Positions 37,123 to 49,300 of a stretch of 64,000 bases of DNA are shown here, piece after piece. Each line of letters opens with the position of its first letter. The first letter of the stretch is position 1. The translations under genes and the position numbers were made by a program. The notes below the pieces were generated by a model. That model had not been told where the DNA came from and did not search any database. It saw only the letters and a program-made list of their open reading frames with translations. Source of the DNA: Paraspadella gotoi (taxonomy: Eukaryota; Animalia; Chaetognatha); the NCBI GenBank assembly GCA_051294375.1, contig CM119265.1:23026099-23090098 (forward strand). The letters are read 5' to 3'.

Positions 37123-39554
37123 GTCTCTCTTTGAAGAGAGGCCCCCAATTCTCTACACGCCCCTGCACCCACCCAAGGGTCACCCACCCATGGGTCACCC
37201 CCCTTGGACTCCCCCCATGAGACCCAACCCTCCCCCAAGCATCATAGAAATGACTCGGGGCTCAGATCCAAACGAGTGACCCTCATTCTCTCTCAGTGAA
37301 CCCTTGACGATGACCNNNNNNNNNNNNNNNNNNNNNNNNNNNNNNNNNNNNNNNNNNNNNNNNNNNNNNNNNNNNNNNNNNNNNNNNNNNNNNNNNNNNN
37401 NNNNNNNNNNNNNNNNNNNNNNNNNNNNNNNNNNNNNNNNNNNNNNNNNNNNNNNNNNNNNNNNNNNNNNNNNNNNNNNNNNNNNNNNNNNNNNNNNNNN
37501 NNNNNNNNNNNNNNNNNNNNNNNNNNNNNGAGTCACTATAAACACTGTTATTAGTAATGAGGTCAAATCAATCGTTCGGAAAAATGGGGAAACAGAATGA
37601 GATCGAGTTGGGATTGAGGGTAAGTAACCGGGTAGGGAAATAGTAGTATTAAAAAAATATTAAATGTAATGCTTTAGCGAACAAGCTTTCGTTTAATAGT
37701 TTTGAAAAATGTTTGAGATGAAATACAGTTGTAAAATGAAGCTTGACAAGTAAAATTCTTACGCTCAACCACGCATAGCAGNNNNNNNNNNNNNNNNNNN
37801 NNNNNNNNNNNNNNNNNNNNNNNNNNNNNNNNNNNNNNNNNNNNNNNNNNNNNNNNNNNNNNNNNNNNNNNNNNNNNNNNNNNNNNNNNNNNNNNNNNNN
37901 NNNNNNNNNNNNNNNNNNNNNNNNNNNNNNNNNNNNNNNNNNNNNNNNNNNNNNNNNNNNNNNNNNNNNNNNNNNNNNNNNNNNNNNNNNNNNNNNNNNN
38001 NNNNNNNNNNNNNNNNNNNNNNNNNNNNNNNNNNNNNNNNNNNNNNNNGGCGCGCTGGGGCGGAGGCAGTTTTAGGGGGAAGTAAAGAGACTCGCCTGCA
38101 CAGTGGATTTTGAGTGGAGCGAAGTGGAAACGTACTAAATAGAAGGTGTTGTATCATGTTTTTTTGTTTTTTTTAATTTATTTTTTTCAAGCTCTTTCAG
38201 AATCCTCTCTTTAAAATTCTAAATTTGAAAAAAAAATCTTCTATGTTATTAACTATACATAAAATCTCAAAATCTTTTGAAAATTTCGTTATCTCTCGAA
38301 GTTACTCTAACGTTATTTATAGAANNNNNNNNNNNNNNNNNNNNNNNNNNNNNNNNNNNNNNNNNNNNNNNNNNNNNNNNNNNNNNNNNNNNNNNNNNNN
38401 NNNNNNNNNNNNNNNNNNNNNNNNNNNNNNNNNNNNNNNNNNNNNNNNNNNNNNNNNNNNNNNNNNNNNNNNNNNNNNNNNNNNNNNNNNNNNNNNNNNN
38501 NNNNNNNNNNNNNNNNNNNNNNNNNNNNNNNNNNNNNNNNNNNNNNNNNNNNNNNNNNNNNNNNNNNNNNNNNNNNNNNNNNNNNNNNNNNNNNNNNNNN
38601 NNNNNNNNNNNNNNNNNNNNNNNNNNNNNNNNNNNNNNNNNNNNNNNNNNNNNNNNNNNNNNNNNNNNNNNNNNNNNNNNNNNNNNNNNNNNNNNNNNNN
38701 NNNNNNNNNNNNNNNNNNNNNNNNNNNNNNNNNNNNNNNNNNNNNNNNNNNNNNNNNNNNNNNNNNNNNNNNNNNNNNNNNNNNNNNNNNNNNNNNNNNN
38801 NNNNNNNNNNNNNNNNNNNNNNNNNNNNNNNNNNNNNNNNNNNNNNNNNNNNNNNNNNNNNNNNNNNNNNNNNNNNNNNNNNNNNNNNNNNNNNNNNNNN
38901 NNNNNNNNNNNNNNNNNNNNNNNNNNNNNNNNNNNNNNNNNNNNNNNNNNNNNNNNNNNNNNNNNNNNNNNNNNNNNNNNNNNNNNNNNNNNNNNNNNNN
39001 NNNNNNNNNNNNNNNNNNNNNNNNNNNNNNNNNNNNNNNNNNNNNNNNNNNNNNNNNNNNNNNNNNNNNNNNNNNNNNNNNNNNNNNNNNNNNNNNNNNN
39101 NNNNNNNNNNNNNNNNNNNNNNNNNNNNNNNNNNNNNNNNNNNNNNNNNNNNNNNNNNNNNNNNNNNNNNNNNNNNNNNNNNCAAGGGCTGGAAAACCCG
39201 CACGTGCCCGAACACGCCCGCGAGATCACGGGCGCTAGCAATCACGTACCAGATATAGAGAGAGAGAGATGGAGAGAGAGAGAAAGAGAGTGAAAGAGAA
39301 AATGTAGCAGCAAATCGAAGATTTTTTTTTTTCAAATCTCAAAATTGACACTGGATAGAGTAATAGAATTCCGTTATAAGAGACATATTCGTACTATATA
39401 CACTACTAAAAGGAAAAGAGATGAAGAAAGAGGAAGAGACAGAAAGAGAGAGGAAAAAAGTAAAGAAACATTCGGAGAAAAAGGAAACAGCGTGAGTTTT
39501 CTTCTTTGTATTAAATATTCAAAAAGAAAAAACATATCGTACTACGTTCATCTC

Positions 39555-39589
<35 letters not shown>

Positions 39590-40411
39590 NNNNNNNNNNN
39601 NNNNNNNNNNNNNNNNNNNNNNNNNNNNNNNNNNNNNNNNNNNNNNNNNNNNNNNNNNNNNNNNNNNNNNNNNNNNNNNNNNNNNNNNNATTCACAATAT
39701 TTCTTTTTTTTCCCTTTTTTTTGAATGAAGGATGTCATGAAATTGTGTCGGAGGATGAAGTGGAGAAGGTGAGATAAAAGAAAAGGTGAACAAAATGACA
39801 TGAAACGATTTATTGGGGTGAGAGAAAGCTAATGGAATCGAATGAGCTAATATGTACATTATAAACATGTACAATGTTGTTTTTCTNNNNNNNNNNNNNN
39901 NNNNNNNNNNNNNNNNNNNNNNNNNNNNNNNNNNNNNNNNNNNNNNNNNNNNNNNNNNNNNNNNNNNNNNNNNNNNNNNNNNNNNNNNNNNNNNNNNNNN
40001 NNNNNNNNNNNNNNNNNNNNNNNNNNNNNNNNNNNNNNNNNNNNNNNNNNNNNGAGAGAGAGAGAGAGAAAGGAGACTTTGGTTTACCTTTAGAAAACAA
40101 TTATGAAAATACTTTTATAACTAAAAAGGGTAAAGTGTTTCGACGAGAGTTTGAAACTTTGAACAATTTGTTTTTTTAAAAATAAATTTGTGAAAAAAAA
40201 AGTCAATAGTTCATCGATGATTCTCAAATATTTCACCGATAAATATTTTATTCTGTTAAGTTAAAAATGTTTTCTTAATATAAAACACCGTGCTGAAATA
40301 TAACTTACAACGGGTCGAGGCTCAGCACGATTTAGAGCTTTAGAATTAATTCGACACGTTTCGATGCTGAGACAAAAAAGGGTCGCATACGTACTTTCCT
40401 ATTTTCCCGCA

Positions 40412-40610
40412 GATGAACAACCCTCCCGCCACTCCCCTTAACCCCTTCCCGACCCCAACCCCATGACACCTTCCTCACCCAACTCCCCGTTCTCACCTCT
40501 TCGTCTCTCCAACTGGCGAGGTTCTCAAAGTCCTCGACCGGATCGAGACTCCGAGTGAAGTTGTAGAGAAATTGAAAGGATTTCAACCTTTGCTCTTTTG
40601 TTCTTCGCGA
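40412..40610 (+). CDS. Exon fragment (LPVL-FVSPTGEVLKVLDRIETPSEVVEKLK), possibly a thioredoxin-fold C-terminal segment
   Basis: TTTTCCCGCAG acceptor and a natural-looking frame that needs one indel. The inverted copy appears in ORF 49221..49457. Confidence 0.4.
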
Positions 40611-41452
40611 AGATTCTGAAATTTTGGGAGGGGGGCGAATGGGGGAGGAGTAGGGGGGAGGGGGAGAGAGAGAGGTTTTAAAGAGAAGATGAGAGGAAAA
40701 GAGAAAAGCGTCAATTGAAGTTATAGAAAGGAGAAATCATAAGAGTGGAAGGAGGCTTGGGGATAAAAAAAGCTTGATAAAAACCTTTGGGAAGAAACAA
40801 TAGAAAAGAACGGAAGAGTAGAGGAAAAAGGTTGGGGAGAAGAGAAGAGAAGAGAGAGAAGGAAGAGAGAGTAGAGCAAGAAGAGAAGAGAAAGCAGAAA
40901 GCGAAGAATTCGAAACGACCATAAGAGCAAGAAAAATAGGAAGGGAAAACCCCAGAAAGAGAAAGAATATTTTATTTTTTTTTGAACACAATTTAGAAAA
41001 AAAAAAAAAAAAAATTTGAACTAAGCATTTATTATATTTTTTATTATTCTTTTTTTGATTTCGTTGGTGTCGAGAGAGAGAGAGAAAGAGATAGATTTTT
41101 TTGTCGTGTGTGTTTATGTATTTGTTTAGTGTTTTTTTATTATTTGTATTTTTGGCGGTGAGGAGACAGAGATGAAGAGAGAGAGAGAGAGAGAAAGATG
41201 AGAAGATTGAGAGATGAGACTAGAAGAGAGAAGAGAGAGAGCCAATTGTGGAAATATATATTTATGTGATTATATTCCTCTCCGATGCTGTCTACTCGTA
41301 TGGATTTATTAAAGATTTAATCCTATTATTAATTGATCCGTCCCTGCTATTATCTATCTTCGTATTGGCATTTGTATGAATCCTCTATGAGTTTCATCTC
41401 TATTCTGTGTATGTAGTTCTCTCCTGTTTCTTTTTCTCTCTTTTTTCTTTCT

Positions 41453-41485
<33 letters not shown>

Positions 41486-41569
41486 TTTTCTTTCTTTTTT
41501 GCTGTGTCTGGGCTGTGTCTGTCTTTCTTTACTCTTTTCCTTCCTAACTTTCATCTCCTCCTTCTATTT

Positions 41570-42460
41570 GCCTACATCGGGCTTTTCATAAGTACTCCAC
41601 CGTTGATCCGTTGCCTCGAATTTCTTTTCCCTTCAGACCAAAGCAAAAAAACAAAGGTCAGTCCAGTCCATCGGCCTTTTCGTCTCCTTCGTTTCCCCTC
41701 CCCTCCCTCCTATTCAATACCTGATGCCTCTTCTACCATGCTTAATCATGTGTCTTCGCCGGTCTATGCTACATGTTCCAAATTATTGCCATTCATTTTT
41801 TATTCCATGTTTTTTCTCTATTTTTTTATCTTTCTCTCTCCTCTTCTACTCTGCCCAACTATTACCAACATACATAATATTGTCCTTAAACTTATTTATC
41901 TTCCATCGTTTATAACGACACTCTCGATGTCGAAAAAAACATTCAAGAAAATATAATCAACTTCAAGACAGAAATTAACTGTAAATAATAATATGACTGA
42001 ATTATACTAATTAAAATACTTCGACTCATTCTCATCCCCTTTATTGGTTGACCTGCTTTGCTCGTTTTTTTTTCTTCCGCACCGCTTTTCAAACATTCAT
42101 ACTGAACATGACGATTACCAACATGCTCTCCCATCCCTTTTCTTTCTTCTTTCCAAACCCCTAAATAGTCCTTTTTTTCCTCATACATCCATCAAATCCT
42201 CTGTTTTCCTTTCCTTCCTTTCTCCCCCCCCCCCTTTCGTCCGGCGATTCTCTATCCGGTTCGATTGTCTCCGGGCTCGCCGGGATCTTCCCCTTTTCCG
42301 CCCTTTTCTCANNNNNNNNNNNNNNNNNNNNNNNNNAAAAAAATGGCGGCCAAAAAGGATTCCGCCGCCGCGACATCTGAGGGCGAGGGGATGAATCGCT
42401 CAGACTTTTGGACTTTTCAGGCTTTTTGAATGTTCGTGTTTCTTTCTTTCTTTCTTTCTA

Positions 42461-42535
<75 letters not shown>

Positions 42536-43320
42536 TCATTTCCTTTTTTTCCTTTCCCCCTAATGATCCTTTTATCCCTGCCCTTTTCACATATTTTTTC
42601 CTACATCCGGGTTTTCATAAGTGACCTCCACCGTTGATCCCTTCTGCCCTCGAATTTCTTTTCCCTTCAGACTCGAAGCAAAAAAAAAGGTCAGTCAGTC
42701 CATCGCTTATCGTCTCCTTCGTTGTCCCCCCCTCCCTCCTATTCAAACCATGCCATCTTTTCTACCATGCTCTAATCATTGTCTCGCCGTCTATGCTACC
42801 ATGTTCCAATTATTGCCATTCCATTTTTTATTCCATGTTCCAATTGTAGTGCCGACCCTTCTTACCTGCGCCAACTATACCAACTGACATATATTGTCCT
42901 TCAAACTATTTATTCCCGTTTTATAACGACACTCTCATGTCGAAAAAAACATAAGTAAATATATAATCATTCAAAAGGAAATATGTAAAAAAATAATATG
43001 ATTGAATATATATTAAAATATTCGCGACTCATTTCTCATCCCCTTTTATTGGTTGACCTGCTTTGCTGTTTTTTTCTTTTCCGCACCGCTTTTCAAAACT
43101 ATCATACTAAACATGACATACCAACTGTCCCATGCCCGGGTATGCCCGACTGCCAAAACCCTAAATAGTCCTTTTTTTCTCATCATCCATCAAATCCTCG
43201 TTTTTCCTTTCCTTCCTTTCTCCCCCCCCCCTTTCGTCCGGCGGATTCTCTTCCGGTCGATTTCTCGGTCGCCGGGATCTTCCCCTTTTCCGCCCTTTCT
43301 CAGGCTTTTTGTCCGCGAGG
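41570..43320 (+). repeat. Tandem direct duplication (about 41570-42310 and 42600-43310) straddling the 25-N gap
   Basis: Colinear matches start at CCTACATC(C)GGG. The inverted arm appears to contain only one copy, which suggests an artefact. Confidence 0.85.
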
Positions 43321-46300
43321 TTTTATCNNNNNNNNNNNNNNNNNNNNNNNNNNNNNNNNNNNNNNNNNNNNNNNNNNNNNNNNNNNNNNNNNNNNNNNNN
43401 NNNNNNNNNNNNNNNNNNNNNNNNNNNNNNNNNNNNNNNNNNNNNNNNNNNNNNNNNNNNNNNNNNNNNNNNNNNNNNNNNNNNNNNNNNNNNNNNNNNN
43501 NNNNNNNNNNNNNNNNNNNNNNNNNNNNNNNNNNNNNNNNNNNNNNNNNNNNNNNNNNNNNNNNNNNNNNNNNNNNNNNNNNNNNNNNNNNNNNNNNNNN
43601 NNNNNNNNNNNNNNNNCATCGTCTTCCAACACAAAAATTATGCTAAAAACATCATAAAATATATTTAAAAATGATTATTAATTATTATAATTTCATTTCT
43701 AAAACTGGAAATCCGACGATGACTTGGCGGAATCTACGACTGATCTTGATATTTATCGATTATCGATTATCGATTATCGATGTATCACGGAGCAATTTAT
43801 GTCATTGATTCTCTCTGTGGAAGACATCATCACTTACGACTTATTAATCTTGGGAAAGGAGGAGATGGGAGGAAAGGAAAGGAGGAGATGAGAGGAAAGG
43901 AAAGGAGGAGATGAGAGGAAAGGAATAGAGAAGGAAAAGGAGGAANNNNNNNNNNNNNNNNNNNNNNNNNATGAGCATCTTTCGTCGCGCTGTAATAACT
44001 TTTGTTCAAGGTTTGAATCTCGTGCAGTTTTGTATACTCGTTTGTTTTAGGTGTGCGTGACATAACTACGCGAGAGTGGTCGGCTGGCGCACGTATCACG
44101 GGGTGTGGCGAGTATATGAATTCAGAGTTTAAGAAAGGCGGAGGAAATTTGTTTGGAGAGAAATGACTGAGACTATAAAGGGTAAGACTGGAGAAGACGC
44201 ACGATAAAGTATAAGGGACATATTTTTAGGGCAATTAGCATCACTTTATTTCGTGTGAAAATTGTGATACTTAGTTTTTGGATTCAGGTGGGGGGCGCAG
44301 ATTGAATTTGTTATTCTGATCGCAATTGCTGATTTGTCGAGCTTGGCGAATTTTATGTGGATCCCCTGGGAAGAGATAGCGGATGTATAGACGCAGGTCT
44401 TTAATATGTTGACATCTTACATCATGATCCTAATTTCTTCTTGCGAATATATTAATTGTAGTAGCAGAAACTTATCTAGTACATGAGCGTACTCTCTCCC
44501 TTATGCCCTTACGATCATTCTCGTCCGGGATGAAGAGGAGGAGGAGAGTAGCAGGAGAGAGTACATTATGAGAGAGAGAGAGAGAGAGAAGAGAGAGGAA
44601 GAAGAGATGGAGATAGCATGTAAAAGTTAAATATAATTGTTATAGCACGAAGATATATATATATGTTATAAGCGAGTCTATTAAGTGGGGCTTGGAGGCT
44701 GTTTTCTTTTTAATGAGAAGCGTACGATGTCTGCTCACTATTTGCTAACTTTGTGGGAACCTAATTGCCGTGGCCAATCTATTTTATTCTTTGTCGGTTC
44801 GATATTGCGGCTTGCCTGCATAAGCGCGTTCGTGCTGTCAGAGACTGTGTGCTGTTTCTCTAAGTCAGGCGCACCGGACCATAATTCGATTTCTCGAGGT
44901 CGGGGAAACGATTATTTTTCGTATCTATTGGTGACTCATAAGAGAGAAGTAGAGAGAGAGAGGAGTGAAGAGTTGAGGAGAGAGGAGAGAGAGGAAGTTA
45001 GAGAAGCCCATTGATGAGGAGAGTAGAGGGGGATGAGATGTACGTTTCCTCATTACGAGCGAAATAATCTAGAAGAGCACTTCTTGGTATACTTCTATCT
45101 AATGATCGGTGTCCTACCATTCCCTTTCTTTCTTACGGAGCGGTCTCTCTCATTTTTTCCCTTCATCGTCTTTCTTTCTTTCCTTCCTCTTCACGTATTT
45201 TCTCGCTTAGCTACTTTTCTCCGCTTCTACTTTTGCCCGCTCCACCGGTTTGTTTATCCTTCTTCGATCATAGCGTAGCCGAAGCTGCATAAAGCTCAAT
45301 CAAAGGCTTCTTCCGCGGCCGGGCCTCCCTTTCTTCTCTCTGCTCTTGCTCTTTCTCTTTTCCCTTCCGTCTTCGCTCTCTCTCCTATTGCTTCCTTTCT
45401 CTCTCTCCTCTCATTGCCTCTCAGTCATTACCGTTCTTTCCTTTCCTCTGGGTCTGCCTTATCCTCCTTCTCCTCCGACTCTCCCTCTCCCTCTCTCCTC
45501 TTTCTTCTTTCCTCCTTTTCCTTCGGTCTCCTCCTCCTTTCCTTTCCTTCCGTCTCCTTCTTTCCTTTCCTCTCGTCTCCTTTCTTCCTTTCTCCAACTC
45601 TCCCTCTCCCTCTTGCTTCTTCTTCTTCTCTTCTTCCTTCCTTTTTCTCCTTCGTTCTCCTCCCTCCTTTTCCTTTCCTCGTCTCCTTCTTTCCCTTTTC
45701 CTCCGACCTCTCCCTCTCCCTTCTTCCTCTTTCTTCTCTTTTCCTTCGTCTCCTTTCCTTTTCCTTTTTCCTCACGCTTCTCTTTTCTCTTCCTTCCCGA
45801 CTCTCCCTCTCTCCCTCTTTCTCTTATCCTCTTTCCTCTCGGTCTCCTCCTTCTTTTTCTTTCTTCCGCGAACTCTCCCTCTTCCTCTTATCTCTTACCT
45901 TCTTCTCTTTCCTCTTTTCCTTCGTCCCTCCTCTTCCTTTGCCCCGGCGTCCTCTTCCTGGTTCCTCCGACTCTCCCCTCTCCTCTTCTTCCTCTGTTCC
46001 TTCGTCTCCTGCCTTTCCCTTTTTCGCGCCCCGTCTCCTCTTCCTTTCCTCCAAACATCTCCCTCTTCTTCTTCTTCTTCCTCCTTTTCCTTTCCTCCTT
46101 TTCGCTTCTCTAAATTCCCTTTCGCTCTCATGCTCCTACCTTTATTCCTTTCCTCCCTCGGGGAATCTCCCTTCCTTCCTTTCCTCGCCAGTCGCTCCTC
46201 CTTTCCCCCAAGAATTAATAAGTCGTAAGTGATGTGTCCTGTCACAGAGAGAATGCAATGACATAAAATTGCTCCGTTGATACATCGCGCAATAATGCGA

Positions 46301-49300
46301 TAATCGGACTAATGCGAACTCATAGCCGAAGGATCAGGATGCGTTAGATTCCGAGCCAAAAGTCATCGTCGGATTTCCAGTTGTTAGAAATGAAAAACAA
46401 ATTAAATAATAAATAAGAAGATTTGATGATAATCATATGGTTACTGAATGTGTTGTAATTAAGCCAGATAAATCTTTGTGATTGGAAGCGATTCGCGATG
46501 TAGAGAAAGTTATAATATAGTTATTAGTAGAGTGACTGTTCGTTGATTTTATGTGCGCGCAGGGTCTACGCGAGGTGAGGTTCGGCTAATAGGTATGGTG
46601 GAGATGATCACCGCCGGGGAGTGCTGTACATCACTGGTGTTATAGGTTTTTCGTTGGAATCGCGGTGAGTTCATATTCTTTTCGCGAGACTGCCGTAATA
46701 CTGGACTAGGTCGCTGTATTGCAATCGTTTACTTGTTGTCTGAGCGTTTTATTAGGCGGACGTTTCGCAACGCCGTCCAAAGAGGAAAGTTCCGGAGGAA
46801 GGAGAGAAGAGAGAGAGAGAGGAGAGAGAGGTATGAGAGAGAGAGAGAGAGCAAGATGAGAGAGTATGAGAGAGAGATGAGCAGAGGAGAGAGCGCAGAG
46901 AGAGAGAACGAGAGAGTTAGCTATAGATGAGCGAATAATACCATTCGCGGACAATAAACGCGCTGAGACAAAGGGCGGAACAAGTGGGAAGAATTTCACG
47001 CTCGGCCGAAAACCGAGAAATCGAACCGAAAAGAGAATACCGCGCGGAACGAAAAGGGTGGAGTGGGGAGAAAGGGAAGGAAAGGAAAAACGAGGATATT
47101 CTTGTGATTGGATTGTTAATGAGCGAAGACAAAGGACTATTTAGGGTTTTGGCAGTCGGGCATACCCGGGCAGTGGGAATGTTGGGTTTAGTGTCTGTTA
47201 CGCTTCATGTTGCAGTATGATTAGGCGTTTTTGTGGAAGATACAGCCGGTCTTGGTGGACGTGTGAAGGAAGAAAAAAATGCACAGCTGTTAAGAAGGCG
47301 ACAGAGTAGGGTACAGAGTCCAATTTTAAACAGGGGATGGAGAAAATATGAGTTCGGGCACTTGAATAAATTAGTTAAGTATATACGGCAATTTATATAA
47401 AGCAATACTATTATTATCTATTTTCTATACACATATTTCCTTTTGAATGATATATATTACTATGTTTTTTTCGACATGAAGAGTGTCGTTATATATAACG
47501 GGAAATAAAATAGTTTCGAAAGGACAAGAGCATATGTCTCCAGTTGGTAATAGTTTGGCGCAGGTAGAAGGGTCGGCAGTTACAACAATTCGTCATACAT
47601 GTGAATAAAAAACTATAAGGATGGGTGCAAAGTAGATCTGGGAACATGTAGCACTAGACCGGCGGAGAAATGATTAGAGCATGGTGAGAAAGATGGCATG
47701 GTTGAATAGGAGGGAGGGGGGGACAACGAAGGAAGACGAAAAGCGTATGGAGCCTGACTTGACTTTTTTTTTTTGCTTTGAGTCTGAAGGGAAAAAAGAA
47801 AGTTCGAGGGCAGCTACAGAGGGATCAAACGGTGGAGGTCATTATGAAAACCCGGATTGTAGGGTTAAAAGGAATTTGAGGTGTGCAAAAGGGCTAGGGA
47901 TAAAAGATCATTAGGGGGAAGGAAAACCGCTACTAGAGGAGAAATGATAAGGATAAAGAAAAAGAAATGATAAGTAAAACACAGAGAAGAAGAAGAGATG
48001 ATGATAAGAACTATGGACGATAATAAAAGAGAAAGAATAGGAAAGTTAATGAATTAAAGAAAAGATAGAACTAAAGAAGGTAATATAGAATTTTAGACAA
48101 ATATATGAGTTAAATAAATAAAAGAGAGAAGAAAAGAAAGAAAATGAAAGAAACAACGAATCATTTCAAAAAGTCCGTTGAAAAGTCCAGTAAAAGTCCT
48201 GAGCGAGTGTCATGGCCCAGCCCTTGACTCCTCATGATGATTCGCGGCGGCGGATATCCTGATTTGGGCCGAGCATTTCGTCTTTATGTTCTCGAGGTCG
48301 CCCGCGCTCGGCGCGTATGAGAGCCGGGCGCAGTCCACACCATCTCGATTCTCGGGACTATCATTTATTTTTCACATTGTAGTGGCCGCTGGGCCGTATA
48401 TCTATAGCATAAGAATCTCCCCTCTTACTCGTCTCTAGCAATCTGTCTCTCGCGTCTCGTCTCTCGTGCGTTCGCTCGTCTCCGTTCTTTTCGTTGTTCC
48501 GTTCTTGTTCTGTTGTTTCTGTTTCGCTTTCTCTCTCTCCTCTTCAGAGTTGTTATTTCTCGTCCCTCTCTTGATCAGTCAGCGTTCTCCTTCTCTCTTT
48601 CTGCTTTTCACATATCTTCCTCGCTCACTACTTTCTATTCTCTCAACATCTCCTGATCCTAACTTCTCTTCTCCTCACCTTCTTCCTCTTCCTCCGAGTC
48701 CTTTATCGAGGCGAGCTCGCGTCAGCTCATCTCAAATGTCTTTTCAACATTTCTTATTTTATATATATATTAAAACTTAACGAATTTTTTCCATAACAGC
48801 CTTTCTTTCTCTTTTCCCATTCCAATGATCTCACTTCTGTGGTTTTTCCCTGGATGGCTCGGACGTTTTTCTTTCGCTCTAAAAGTAATGCTTGGGCCGT
48901 TTCGAAAATGATTCCTGTAGCTATTTCCTGTCTTTCTTTCACTTTCTGTCTCTCTCACAGTTCTCTTCTCGCTTCCTCTTTCTCTAAGTTAGTCTCTTTA
49001 CCGCTATAAGTCATCGCTTGACTCACTTGCTCTACCGGTGTCTCCTTCGCACCGTTTTTTCCTCTACTCTGATCCCGCGTTACTAATTGATCTATATGGG
49101 TTTGTGACTTTCCCAAAGTTTTTACGAGCGCTCCAAAGAACGTTCCTGATCCACTCCTGAATTGGATTTCTACTTTTTCTATAACCATTCAATTGACGCT
49201 CTTTTTCTCTATTCATGCCCTCATTCTTGCGTCTTTAAAACCTGCTCGTCTCTTCTCCCCGGTCCTCTCGCCCCGTGAGCTACTGTCCCCATCTTTGCCC

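Noticed and set aside
43752-43786. (TTATCGA)n as a DRE-element cluster
   Set aside because: It is a simple heptamer repeat without the full TATCGATA palindrome, and there is no supporting TSS evidence.
43971-45330. Novel unique gene(s) between the palindrome arms; also 30630-31880
   Set aside because: Featureless sequence next to 25-N gaps and error-rich duplicates, most likely low-quality read segments.
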